A stretch of DNA of 64,000 nt from Microbacteriaceae bacterium (GTDB taxonomy: Bacteria; Actinomycetota; Actinomycetes; Actinomycetales; Microbacteriaceae), in the NCBI GenBank assembly GCA_027487865.1, contig JAIYCT010000002.1, forward strand, positions 91,038-155,037, in the 5' to 3' direction. A model generated the notes under the pieces. The model did not search any database and had not been told where the DNA came from. It was given only the letters and a program-made list of their open reading frames with translations. This document shows positions 29,493 through 38,511 of this stretch, piece by piece. Numbering within the stretch: position 1 is the stretch's first letter; the number at the start of each line of letters is the position of its first letter. The position numbers and the translations under genes were made by a program.

Positions 29493-29527
29493 CGAAAACC
29501 CACCCCTCCACGGGTGGGTTTTTACTT
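29487..29527 (+). repeat. direct repeat copy A (tRNA-Tyr 3' end plus terminator)
   Basis: 41 nt, 34/41 identical to 30073-30113. Mismatches fall in the hairpin loop plus one compensatory stem pair. Confidence 0.7.
29497..29524 (+). terminator. rho-independent terminator after tRNA-Tyr
   Basis: Stem CCCACCC (29499-29505) / GGGTGGG (29512-29518), 6-nt loop, TTTTT (29519-29523), preceded by an A-run. Confidence 0.75.
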
Positions 29528-29610
29528 TAACCACTTAACCTGATACCTAAATTTGCAAAACATACGGATAACCGCTGGTTTTAGTTTCAAGAACCCCTTA
29601 GATTGATGGC

Positions 29611-30048
29611 ATGAAAATTTTCAATCGTCACTCAGACGCAAATGAGTATCGAGGCAGTCGCCTCTCCTTTCTATTTCTAATAATCCTTACTGCTGTGGCA
29701 ACCGGCCGAAGCCTGGCCCACATCTTCCTTCCCGATGGAGGTGCTGGCAGTATCGCCGGCATGGACGTTGAGGTCGAGGGCGGCAACAACATCATCGCCA
29801 TGTTTGGGCAGTGGGGCTTTTCTCAGCTACTACTAGCCGGGCTGATGTGGGTAATCATTTTCAAACAGCGTCATCTGGTGCCGCTGGCTCTGTTGTTCCA
29901 GACCTTGGATTGGGGTGGTCGAATTCTTGTTGGGCTAATCAAGCCAGTTGAGATCGCATCGACCCCACCGGGCGAAATAGGAAGTTACATCCTTTTCCCG
30001 CTGTGTGTGATTGCGCTGTGGTTCTCAATGCCTAAGGCTAAGAGGTAA
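29611..30048 (+). CDS. small polytopic membrane protein, unknown function
   Basis: 145 aa with 4 hydrophobic segments. It is bracketed by the two repeat copies. Confidence 0.5.
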   Translation: MKIFNRHSDANEYRGSRLSFLFLIILTAVATGRSLAHIFLPDGGAGSIAGMDVEVEGGNNIIAMFGQWGFSQLLLAGLMWVIIFKQRHLVPLALLFQTLDWGGRILVGLIKPVEIASTPPGEIGSYILFPLCVIALWFSMPKAKR

Positions 30049-30072
30049 AGCTGACGGGCTCTAAGTTCAAAG

Positions 30073-30113
30073 TAGCAACGAAAACCCACTCCTTAGGGAG
30101 TGGGTTTTTACTT
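30073..30113 (+). repeat. direct repeat copy B (terminator duplicate)
   Basis: TAGCAACGAAAACCCACTCCTTAGGGAGTGGGTTTTTACTT, compared with copy A TAGCCACGAAAACCCACCCCTCCACGGGTGGGTTTTTACTT. Confidence 0.7.
30083..30110 (+). terminator. rho-independent terminator after the 145-aa ORF
   Basis: Stem CCCACTCC (30085-30092) / GGAGTGGG (30097-30104), loop TTAG, TTTTT (30105-30109). Confidence 0.75.
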
Positions 30114-30178
30114 CTTGGAAGATTAGGCTTTTCTACCTAAGCCTTGTTTCACCAAGGCTTTAAAAACATAAGGAACCC

Positions 30179-31459
30179 ATGTCACAAACCCAAGACGCTA
30201 CTACCGCCATCACCGACTCATTTGAGGGTTGGAAGAGGCGGGTATCGGTCTTTTTAGTGGGGCAGACCGTCACCATGTTTGGGTCGATGTTGGTGCAGTA
30301 TGCAATTCTTTGGCACCTGACTTTGACAACTAAGTCAGGCGTGGTTCTCGCTCTGGCAGCTGTGTTTGGCTTCTTGCCGCAGGCGATTGTTTCGATTTTT
30401 GGGGGAGTTTGGGCAGACCGCGTAAATCGCAAACTGATGATCATTTTCTCTGACGCGGCCATCGCACTTGCGACTCTGGGTCTGGCTCTGCTGATGCTCT
30501 CAGGGGTCGACGATTTGTGGTTGATCTTTGTTGTTATGGCAGTTAGATCAATTGGTGCCGGTATTCAGATGCCTGCAGTTTCGGCACTTTTACCACAGCT
30601 AGTTCCGGGTGATCAGTTGATGCGCGTGAACGGCATCAACAGCAGCGTGCAGTCATCACTTACGATTCTTGCTCCCGTTGCTGCCGCAGGTGTTTACGCG
30701 ACCATGTCGCTGACCGGCATCTTGTTTATTGACGTTGTAACTGCCGTGATCGGCGTTGCGCTACTGGCAACTGTGAAGGTTCCAACCTTGGCTCGCGCAG
30801 CAAGTCTCGATAAGCCTTCCTACTTTGCAGATCTCAAAGACGGCATCCAATACACCTTCACTCACGACCTGGTTCGTTGGGTCTTGGTTATCTTCGCAAT
30901 CGTTTTCCTATTGATTGTTGCTCCTTCAAACCTCTCTCCATTGATGTTGGTTAGAACCTTCGGTGATGAGGTCTGGATGCTGACCGTGCTTGAGCTGTCG
31001 TTTGGCGTTGGAATGGTGCTGGGAGGTGCCTTGATTGCTGTTCTGGCATCGAAGCTAGATCGCCTATCGACGATTATTGGAACCTCAATTGCCTTTGGAG
31101 TGATGGCTATTGCGATGGGATTCACAACCAACCTGATCGTGTTCTATGCACTGTTCTTCCTGATCGGTTTGACGGTTCCAGCCTTCTCTACCTCGGCTTT
31201 CACTCTGCTTCAGGAAACAGTGGAGCCAGAGCGCCAGGGTCGAGTATTTGGTTTTGTTGGCATTGTGATGTCACTGGCGATGCCGATTGGCATGGCGGTG
31301 CTGGGTCCTTTGGCCGACGTGGTTTCGGTTGAGCTTTTGTTGATTGTGACCGGTGCAGCAACTGTGGTTATTGCTGGACTAGCTGTTCTGCTTCCAGGAG
31401 GTAAGCGAGCGATTGCAGCAGCACATGCTTCCACCGGTCCTGCCACCGAGACCGAGTAA
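30179..31459 (+). CDS. MFS transporter (efflux-type, EntS/Mef-like)
   Basis: 426 aa, 12 TM. The N-terminal RRVSVFLVGQTVTMFGSMLVQYAILWHL pattern is typical of this MFS subgroup. Confidence 0.8.
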   Translation: MSQTQDATTAITDSFEGWKRRVSVFLVGQTVTMFGSMLVQYAILWHLTLTTKSGVVLALAAVFGFLPQAIVSIFGGVWADRVNRKLMIIFSDAAIALATLGLALLMLSGVDDLWLIFVVMAVRSIGAGIQMPAVSALLPQLVPGDQLMRVNGINSSVQSSLTILAPVAAAGVYATMSLTGILFIDVVTAVIGVALLATVKVPTLARAASLDKPSYFADLKDGIQYTFTHDLVRWVLVIFAIVFLLIVAPSNLSPLMLVRTFGDEVWMLTVLELSFGVGMVLGGALIAVLASKLDRLSTIIGTSIAFGVMAIAMGFTTNLIVFYALFFLIGLTVPAFSTSAFTLLQETVEPERQGRVFGFVGIVMSLAMPIGMAVLGPLADVVSVELLLIVTGAATVVIAGLAVLLPGGKRAIAAAHASTGPATETE

Positions 31460-31550
31460 CAACCTCGATAACAGAGCATCATCGGTTGGGCACCGCGGGA
31501 ACTTTTTTCTCAACCGCTAGGTTTTACCTTGAGTTACGTCTGGAGAAAAC

Positions 31551-33653
31551 ATGAACGCGCTAATCAACTTCATCACTGGCAAAAAGACCGCATGGGTCAC
31601 TTTGCTTATCGGTCTCATCTTTGCTGGTTTGGCTTTTGGCCCGCTCAGTGCCACCACCACCGAGACCGCACCTACCAATGGTTTGCCAGATACTTCTGAG
31701 ACTGCTTTGGTGAACAAAGCGCTAGAGGGTCTTCCAGGATCTGATGCAACCGCAGCGGTATTGGTCTACAAGTCAGAGGCCAAGTTCACCGAAGATGAGA
31801 CCTTGTGGCTGCAGGGAAGTTTTGACCCGGCCACCCAAATGCTTGCAGGTGGTGTGAACGAGAAGTTCTTGGAGATCACAAACCTTGAGGTCATGGGTGA
31901 GCCATTTGTGCCACCGGCCCAGATCTCGGAAGACGGCAAGGTTGCCGTCGTTACCGTCCCACTTGAGAAGTCCGACGAAGTTGAGGTCGTTACCGAGCGA
32001 GTAACGGAACTTCGTGAACTAGCTGCCGAGGGTATGCCGGCTAGCTTCGAGGTATACCTAACCGGACCTGAGGGTTTCCAAGCTGACCTGAACAACGTCT
32101 TCGCAGGAGCTGACTTTACGCTTTTGCTTTCAACAGTGATTGTGGTTGCGGTTCTACTTCTGATTACCTACCGCTCCCCAGTGCTATGGCTAGTTCCACT
32201 TATCGTGGTTGGTGTCGCCGATGGTATGGCTGGTCAGCTTGGTCGCCAGGTGGCAACTTTGTTTGGCATGGTTCCGGATGGTTCGGTAACAGGAATTCTG
32301 TCGGTGCTGGTGTTTGGTGCCGGAACCAACTACGCGCTTTTGATCATCGCTCGCTACCGCGAAGAGCTATTGCTTGAGCAGGACCGTCACGTTGCAATGG
32401 CAAAGGCAATCAGGGGTGCAGGTCCCGCGATCATCGCCTCTGGTTCAACAGTTACCTTGGCCCTACTAACCCTGACCCTTGCCGAACTTGGTGGCAACCG
32501 AACCCTCGGTTTGGTTTGTGCAGTTGGAATCGTGATTGCAATGATCTCCGCGCTGGTAGTGCTACCTGCCGCACTTGTGGTCTTTGGTCGCGGCTTGTTC
32601 TGGCCATTCGTGCCACGCTTTGGCGGTGTGAACAAGAGCCTCAATGGCCTATGGGGCAAGCTTGGTCGCGCGGTTAGCAAGCGCCCAGCAATCATCTCCT
32701 CGGTTGGTGTTTTGATCTTGGCTGGTTTGGCAATTGGCGCTAGCGGTATCCAGGTTGGACTTGCATCCACCGAGCAGTTCAGAGAGAAGCCTGAGGCGGT
32801 TTACGGTCAGGAAATTCTTGGTGAGGCCTTCCCAGCCGGCGCTACCTCTCCAACCACTGTGATTGTGGACAAGGGCTTTGAGGCAGATGCTGCAGAGATT
32901 GCCAAGAACGTTCCTGGTGTGGCAGAAGTCACCGTAGGTGACACCGACGGTGAGATCGTTGCTCTGAGCGTTGTGCTAGATGCCACCGGAGGTTCGGAAG
33001 AGGCTTACCAGTCGATTCGCGACCTACGCACTGAGCTTGCAACGCTGGAATCTGCCAACGCACTGGTTGGTGGCCTAGATGCAGAGACTCTTGATGTGAA
33101 GTCCACCTACGAGCGCGATCAGCTGCTGGTAATTCCACTGATCTTGATCTTGGTGTTCTTGGTCTTGGTAATGCTACTTCGCTCACTCCTTGCACCGATC
33201 CTGTTGCTCACCACCGTGGTGGCATCGTTCTTCGCATCAATGGGAGCCAGCTGGTTAATCTTCGAGCAGCTCCTTGGATTGCCTGCCCTTGACCTGAGCG
33301 TGTTCTTGTACTCGTTCTTGTTCCTAGTGGCCCTCGGTGTTGACTACAACATCTTCTTGGTCTCCAGGGCCCAGGAGGAGGCTGTGAAGCACGGTACCCG
33401 TGAGGGCATGGTTCGCGCTCTAAGCGCAACCGGTGGTGTCATTACCTCGGCAGGTATTTTGCTGGCTGCGGTATTCGCGGTGCTTGGAGTATTGCCACTG
33501 ATCGCGCTTTACCAGATCGGAATCATCGTCTGCATCGGCGTGCTACTTGACACCTTGCTGGTGAGAACCGTTGTGGTTCCGGCGCTCGCTTTTATGACCG
33601 GAGACAAGTTCTGGTGGCCAAGAAAGAAGCTAACCTCCCCTAAGTTTGGCTAG
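31551..33653 (+). CDS. MMPL-family (RND superfamily) transporter
   Basis: 700 aa with two 6-TM bundles, each preceded by a soluble domain. Includes GAGTNYALLIIARYREEL and GVDYNIFLVSRAQEE motifs. Confidence 0.9.
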   Translation: MNALINFITGKKTAWVTLLIGLIFAGLAFGPLSATTTETAPTNGLPDTSETALVNKALEGLPGSDATAAVLVYKSEAKFTEDETLWLQGSFDPATQMLAGGVNEKFLEITNLEVMGEPFVPPAQISEDGKVAVVTVPLEKSDEVEVVTERVTELRELAAEGMPASFEVYLTGPEGFQADLNNVFAGADFTLLLSTVIVVAVLLLITYRSPVLWLVPLIVVGVADGMAGQLGRQVATLFGMVPDGSVTGILSVLVFGAGTNYALLIIARYREELLLEQDRHVAMAKAIRGAGPAIIASGSTVTLALLTLTLAELGGNRTLGLVCAVGIVIAMISALVVLPAALVVFGRGLFWPFVPRFGGVNKSLNGLWGKLGRAVSKRPAIISSVGVLILAGLAIGASGIQVGLASTEQFREKPEAVYGQEILGEAFPAGATSPTTVIVDKGFEADAAEIAKNVPGVAEVTVGDTDGEIVALSVVLDATGGSEEAYQSIRDLRTELATLESANALVGGLDAETLDVKSTYERDQLLVIPLILILVFLVLVMLLRSLLAPILLLTTVVASFFASMGASWLIFEQLLGLPALDLSVFLYSFLFLVALGVDYNIFLVSRAQEEAVKHGTREGMVRALSATGGVITSAGILLAAVFAVLGVLPLIALYQIGIIVCIGVLLDTLLVRTVVVPALAFMTGDKFWWPRKKLTSPKFG

Positions 33654-33729
33654 ACCAAAACCCAAGCTGTGTAGATGACACCTGAGCGCCACCATTGAGC
33701 ACCTTCTTGGCTTAGGTGTAACGGCATGA

Positions 33730-35388
33730 CTAGAGCTTTATCCAGGCAACCTGGTCGTGCTCTAGTACCTCCTCGATGGTTAGGTCGTGCTGAGTGGTTG
33801 CCAGCAGCTCACCCTTTGGAAGCGAGATTGCACTTCCGGTGAAGTTAGCCAGCACCAAGACACCGTTGTTGATGTAGGCAAGCGAGTTTTTTCCAGCGTG
33901 CTCGTCGGCCCACTTCAGGTTGCCGTGACCAAGATTGTGGTCCTTGCGAACCTTGATCAAGCGCTTGTATAGCTCGAGGGTGGAACCTGCAACACCGCGC
34001 TGCGATGCTCGGGCGTAGATCTTGTAGTTAGAAGGCTGTGGCAACCAAGCCTCACCTGTGGCATTGAAGCCAAGTGCTGGTGCATCTGCCTCCCATGGAA
34101 TTGGAACGCGGCAACCATCGCGACCAACTCGCTCACCCTTGGTGCGGAAGTAGGTTGGGTCTTGACGGTACTTACCTTCAAGGGTGGTGTGCTCTGGAAG
34201 TCCAAGTTCTTCACCCTGGTAGATGTATGCGCCACCAGGAAGACCAAGCATGAATGCGCTGGCAGCTCTACCAATGCGCTGGCCTCTTGCCTCATCAGGC
34301 TGCGGGTAGTCAGGTCCGATTCCATCGCCCTGCTTCGGAACCTTGTCGTAAGCCATGCGGGTTACGTGGCGAATGGTGTCGTGGTTAGAAAGCACCCAGG
34401 TGCTTGGAGCTCCTACACCGCCAAATGCAGCGAGCGACTCGTCAACGACATCGCGAAGTTCATCTTTGTCCCAAGGGCAGCCAAGGTAACCAAAGTTGAA
34501 GGTCTGGTGATACTCGCCAGGTCTTACCCACTGCGCCATCTTTGGGATGGTTGAAAGCCAAGCTTCACCACACATCGCACGGTCTTCGTATTCATCGAGA
34601 ACCTTGCGGAACTTCCTGTTGATCTCGTGAACTCCAGGCTGACCCCAGAACGGGTGCTGGTAGTCCTTGAGCTCATCGCTGATGCCGGTCATGGTCGAGT
34701 TGTTCTCAACCACATCTGGCAATCCAGACTCTTTTACAAGGCCGTGGGCAACGTCGATGCGGAAACCAGCAACGCCGCGATCTAGCCAAAAGCGAAGGAT
34801 TGATTCGAACTCTTCGACGACCTTCGGGTTATCCCAATCAAAGTCAGGCTGAGAGGAATCGAAGATGTGCAGGTACCACTGGCCATCTTCGATCTGGGTC
34901 CAGGCAGGACCTCCGAATACTGACTCCCAGTTGTTTGGAGGTAGCTCACCCTTCTTACCCTTGCCCTCGCGGAACATGTACATCGCGCGCTCTGGTGATC
35001 CCTTGCCGGCCTTTAGTGCCGCCTGGAAAAGTGGGTGCTGGTCAGAGGAGTGGTTTGGAACTAGGTCAACAATCACGCGAATGCCCATTGCGCTGGCCTT
35101 AGCCAACATCGCATCAAAATCCGCAAGGGTTCCAAATAGCGGGTCGATGTCCTTGTAATCGGAAACGTCGTAACCGGCGTCCTTCTGCGGGGACTTGAAA
35201 AACGGTGAGAACCAAATGGCGTCAATGCCAAGTTCCTGCAGCTCACCCAAGCGCTGGGTGATTCCGTTTAGATCACCGATGCCATCGCCATCGCCGTCAG
35301 CGAAGGAGCGTGGGTAGATCTGGTAGATGACGGCAGAGCGCCACCACTCTTTACCTGGGGAGGATGGAACTAGCAAGTTTTCGGACAT
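33730..35388 (-). CDS. GH13 alpha-glucosidase / oligo-1,6-glucosidase
   Basis: 552 aa with GH13 conserved regions DLVPNHSS, GFRIDVAHG, GEAW and LSNHD. Confidence 0.9.
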   Translation of the reverse strand: MSENLLVPSSPGKEWWRSAVIYQIYPRSFADGDGDGIGDLNGITQRLGELQELGIDAIWFSPFFKSPQKDAGYDVSDYKDIDPLFGTLADFDAMLAKASAMGIRVIVDLVPNHSSDQHPLFQAALKAGKGSPERAMYMFREGKGKKGELPPNNWESVFGGPAWTQIEDGQWYLHIFDSSQPDFDWDNPKVVEEFESILRFWLDRGVAGFRIDVAHGLVKESGLPDVVENNSTMTGISDELKDYQHPFWGQPGVHEINRKFRKVLDEYEDRAMCGEAWLSTIPKMAQWVRPGEYHQTFNFGYLGCPWDKDELRDVVDESLAAFGGVGAPSTWVLSNHDTIRHVTRMAYDKVPKQGDGIGPDYPQPDEARGQRIGRAASAFMLGLPGGAYIYQGEELGLPEHTTLEGKYRQDPTYFRTKGERVGRDGCRVPIPWEADAPALGFNATGEAWLPQPSNYKIYARASQRGVAGSTLELYKRLIKVRKDHNLGHGNLKWADEHAGKNSLAYINNGVLVLANFTGSAISLPKGELLATTQHDLTIEEVLEHDQVAWIKL

Positions 35389-35452
35389 AGGCAGAAGCTT
35401 ATGACCTAGTCTGGCGCAGTTCTAGAGGCTCTAGAGCGAGTCGCGATTGGTC

Positions 35453-35466
35453 TGTAAACGATTACA
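35453..35466. promoter_or_regulatory. LacI-type operator candidate O1 (TGTAAACGATTACA)
   Basis: 12/14 palindromic with a central CG. It fits the TGNAANCGNTTNCA pattern and lies in the divergent agl/malE-like intergenic region. Confidence 0.5.
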
Positions 35467-35484
35467 GTTGCTAAACGACTGCCT

Positions 35485-35498
35485 TGTAAGCGTTTTCA
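35485..35498. promoter_or_regulatory. LacI-type operator candidate O2 (TGTAAGCGTTTTCA)
   Basis: It fits TGNAANCGNTTNCA and is 10/14 palindromic. Confidence 0.4.
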
Positions 35499-35551
35499 AG
35501 AAAATGCAGCTTCTACCCTAAAAGTAGGGCCTGTTATGAACTTGTTATCTA

Positions 35552-35565
35552 TGCAAGCGGTTGCA
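35552..35565. promoter_or_regulatory. LacI-type operator candidate O3 (TGCAAGCGGTTGCA)
   Basis: 12/14 palindromic with a central CG, and fits TGNAANCGNTTNCA. Confidence 0.5.
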
Positions 35566-35605
35566 GATTTGACCGACTCGTTCACCAAGAGTTCACTAGT
35601 AGTTG

Positions 35606-35621
35606 TTTGCGGTACCGCAAA
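35606..35621. promoter_or_regulatory. perfect 16-bp palindrome TTTGCGGTACCGCAAA in the 5' leader of the binding-protein gene
   Basis: It ends 24 nt before ATG 35645 and is followed by TTTTTA. It could be a protein-binding site or a short leader hairpin. Confidence 0.35.
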
Positions 35622-35644
35622 TTTTTATCAACGAAAGGTAACCA

Positions 35645-36886
35645 ATGAAGTTCACCTCACGTGGCTTTAAGGCTGCGGCCGCAGTCATCGCCACCGCTTC
35701 ACTATTGGGTGCAGGTCTTCTACCAGCTCAGGCTGCTCCAAAGACCATCACCGTTTGGGCAGACGAGACTCGTGGCCCACAGCTAAAGAGCCTGATCGAT
35801 GGAAACACCACCATCGCACCTGGATACGTCATCAAGGTTAAGTTCTTTGCATCTCTAACCGCTCTACAGAGCGCTTGGGACAAAGCAACTGCCGCTGGTG
35901 GTCCAGATGTTCTAACCGGTCCAGCATCGTTCAACGCTGCTGCTAAGAGCGGTAAGGTTCTTCCACTTCTTTACTCCAAGGCCGCACAGAGCGAGATCCC
36001 TTCCGGTGCAAAGCAGGCACTGTCATACAAGGGTCGCACCTACGGTGTACCTCTAGATGTTGACACCACCGCTATGTACTGGAACACCGCATACGGTGCG
36101 TCAGCTCCAGCGACCATGGACGCAATGTTCGAGCTATACAAGACCCAGAAGGCAGCCGGCAAGGTTACCGGTGGTATCTGTGCTTTTGACGGTACCTGGG
36201 GCGCTCACCCAGTTCTAACTGCACTTGGTGGCGGAGCTTATGGCTTCACCAGCAACAACCCAGATGCAAACAAGGTCCTCATCAACAGCGCTGCCTTCAA
36301 GGCAAACGTTAAGAAGTACCTAGTTGGCACCGACGGCAAGTCAACCGGCTTCCTAAAGTGGGATGGCTGTGCTGACGAGTTCAAGGCTGGCAAGATGCTT
36401 GCTGCTAACACCGGTGCTTGGAACCTAGACGGCATCACTGCCGCCGGTATCAAGTTCACCCTTGGTGCAGTTCCTGGCCTAACCTCTTCTTCTAAGGGTG
36501 CTCAGTGGGTTAACTACTCTGGCGCTTGGGTAACCTCTTACGCTCGCACCCACGGTGTTGAGCTAGGTGCTAAGAAGCTAGTTATCGACTGGATGGCATC
36601 CTCTGCTGGTCAGCTACAGATGTACGCTGCCGGCGACCGCCCACCAGCCAACACCAAGGCAGCAGTCGCAGTGAAGAACGCCGCTACCAAGGGCTTCGCA
36701 ACTGCAGCTGGTACCGGTGTTCCTCAGTTCAGCGCTTGGTTGGACGACAAGACCGGTGGCTCTAACTGGTACGACACTCTAGGTTCAGCTTTGACCAACA
36801 TGTTGGTCAAGGGTGACAATGTCGACACCACCTTGGATGCAGCAGCAGTGATTCTTAAGAAGAACTTCGCTAACGCATCAAAGTAA
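35645..36886 (+). CDS. ABC transporter sugar-binding protein (maltose/maltodextrin-type), non-lipoprotein signal peptide
   Basis: 413 aa with signal peptide MKFTSRGFKAAAAVIATASLLGAGLLPAQA and no lipobox Cys. It precedes MalF/MalG-like permeases and has CTA-rich Leu codon usage like the ribosomal protein genes. Confidence 0.85.
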   Translation: MKFTSRGFKAAAAVIATASLLGAGLLPAQAAPKTITVWADETRGPQLKSLIDGNTTIAPGYVIKVKFFASLTALQSAWDKATAAGGPDVLTGPASFNAAAKSGKVLPLLYSKAAQSEIPSGAKQALSYKGRTYGVPLDVDTTAMYWNTAYGASAPATMDAMFELYKTQKAAGKVTGGICAFDGTWGAHPVLTALGGGAYGFTSNNPDANKVLINSAAFKANVKKYLVGTDGKSTGFLKWDGCADEFKAGKMLAANTGAWNLDGITAAGIKFTLGAVPGLTSSSKGAQWVNYSGAWVTSYARTHGVELGAKKLVIDWMASSAGQLQMYAAGDRPPANTKAAVAVKNAATKGFATAAGTGVPQFSAWLDDKTGGSNWYDTLGSALTNMLVKGDNVDTTLDAAAVILKKNFANASK

Positions 36887-36906
36887 GTAAAACCAATTAA
36901 AAGTGT

Positions 36907-36936
36907 GGGGGTTGGATCCTTAGGGAACCAGCCCCC
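36907..36936 (+). promoter_or_regulatory. intercistronic stem-loop between the binding-protein and permease genes
   Basis: GGGGGTTGG (36907-36915) pairs with CCAGCCCCC (36928-36936), including one G-U pair. There is no T-run, so it is more likely an mRNA-stabilising hairpin than a terminator. Confidence 0.4.
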
Positions 36937-36957
36937 ATCACTTTGGAAGCAGTAAAA

Positions 36958-38511
36958 ATGGCAAAGATAAAGCAAGACTCCAAGCCGGTGAGGCTAGGCC
37001 CACTCGTGGCCAAGATCATCTTCATGTCGCTGCTCGCAGCTGGGCTCGGCTACATGATGTTCGTTGCTTTTCTAGCCGGTGAGAATCTAATCGGTGGCGT
37101 TCTAGCACTGGTACTGATCGCATCATTTGTGGTCTACAGCTCAAAGGGCCTAGTGCCGCTAAAGTTCCTACTCCCAGGAATAGTGCTACTCGCAATCTTT
37201 GTCGTAACACCCATTTTGTACACGGTCTTGATGTCGGGGTTTGTCTACAAAACTGGAAATGAAATTAGCCGCGAAGAAGCACTAACTCAGATTTATGAAA
37301 CCGGATATGTTCCGGATGAAAGTTTCACCGCCTTCTATATGACCTTGGGTAGCTACGAAGGCGAAGTATCAGCACTTTTGACCGATCAGATGACCATGAC
37401 TCCATACCTTGGAGCAAATGGAGTTGCAACCGAGTTGGGCGCCGACCAGGTCCAGCTTGATGAATACGGCACCGCGGTTGGCTTTGAGGGCTTTGAACCA
37501 ATCGGCTTTGATGAGGCGGCAACCCTTGAGGCAGAGATCATTGACCTCCGCTTTGACATGGGCGAGGGAAAGTTCATTCGCCCGGAGTCTTTGGATGCAG
37601 CTCTTTTGATGATCCAAGCCTTCACCCTGGATGGGGCAAGCGGCGAACTCTATGACTCGGTTAACGACATCACCTATGTCGATAACGGCGAGGGAAACTT
37701 TGTAAACAAGGCCAATCCCGAGGAGAAGCTATTCCCAGGCTGGCGAGCATTCAGCCCACTGGAGAATTACGTTGGTTTGCTAACCGATCCGGTGATTCGT
37801 GGCCCGTTTGTGAATGTCTTTATCTGGACCTTCTCGTTCGCGCTGATCACGGTGGCAACCATGTTTGCGGCAGGGCTAGCCCTTGCAATCGCAATGGATA
37901 AGCCGCTTAGATTCAAGCGTTTCTACAAATCGATTTTGATCCTGCCCTACGCAATCCCAAGCTTTATGTCGATCCTGATTTGGAACGGTATGTTCAACCG
38001 AGACTTCGGTGCGGTGAACCAGGTTCTAGGCCAGGAGATCGACTGGTACAACGATGCGACCTTGGCCAAGCTGGTGATCATTATTGTGAACCTGTGGCTA
38101 GGTTTCCCATACTTCTACCTAATCTCCTCGGGTGCACTGCAGGCACTTCCTGGTGAGCTAGAAGAGGCGGCGTCAATCGATGGTGCTAGCCCGGCTCAGA
38201 TCATGGCGAGAATCAAGCTGCCACTGTTGCTTCAGATCCTTTCGCCACTGTTGATTGCGTCCTTCGCGTTCAACTTCAACAACTTCAACATTGTTTATCT
38301 ACTTACCAACGGTGGTCCGATAAATGTGCTGGCGGGTGAGACGGCCGGTGCCACTGACATCTTGATTACCTACGCCTACAAGACCGCCTTTGGTTCTGCC
38401 GAGCAGAACCTCGGTTTGGCCTCAGCGATCAGCGTGATCATGTTCTTTATCGTCGGTGGGCTATCGCTTTGGAGCCTGAGACGCTCGAAGGTATTGGAAT
38501 CGGTGATTTAA
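36958..38511 (+). CDS. sugar ABC transporter permease, MalF-like with a long extracytoplasmic loop
   Basis: The ORF 36943-38511 is trimmed to ATG 36958 (MAKIKQDSK...). It has an EAA motif (LEEAASIDGASPAQIMARIKLP) and a large loop between early TM helices, as in MalF. Confidence 0.85.
   Translation: MAKIKQDSKPVRLGPLVAKIIFMSLLAAGLGYMMFVAFLAGENLIGGVLALVLIASFVVYSSKGLVPLKFLLPGIVLLAIFVVTPILYTVLMSGFVYKTGNEISREEALTQIYETGYVPDESFTAFYMTLGSYEGEVSALLTDQMTMTPYLGANGVATELGADQVQLDEYGTAVGFEGFEPIGFDEAATLEAEIIDLRFDMGEGKFIRPESLDAALLMIQAFTLDGASGELYDSVNDITYVDNGEGNFVNKANPEEKLFPGWRAFSPLENYVGLLTDPVIRGPFVNVFIWTFSFALITVATMFAAGLALAIAMDKPLRFKRFYKSILILPYAIPSFMSILIWNGMFNRDFGAVNQVLGQEIDWYNDATLAKLVIIIVNLWLGFPYFYLISSGALQALPGELEEAASIDGASPAQIMARIKLPLLLQILSPLLIASFAFNFNNFNIVYLLTNGGPINVLAGETAGATDILITYAYKTAFGSAEQNLGLASAISVIMFFIVGGLSLWSLRRSKVLESVI

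Noticed and set aside
33678-33719. A 10-bp inverted repeat (ACACCTGAGC ... GCTTAGGTGT) between the convergent MMPL and GH13 genes, considered as a bidirectional terminator.
   Set aside because: It has a large 22-nt loop and no T-run on either strand, so support is too weak to call a terminator.
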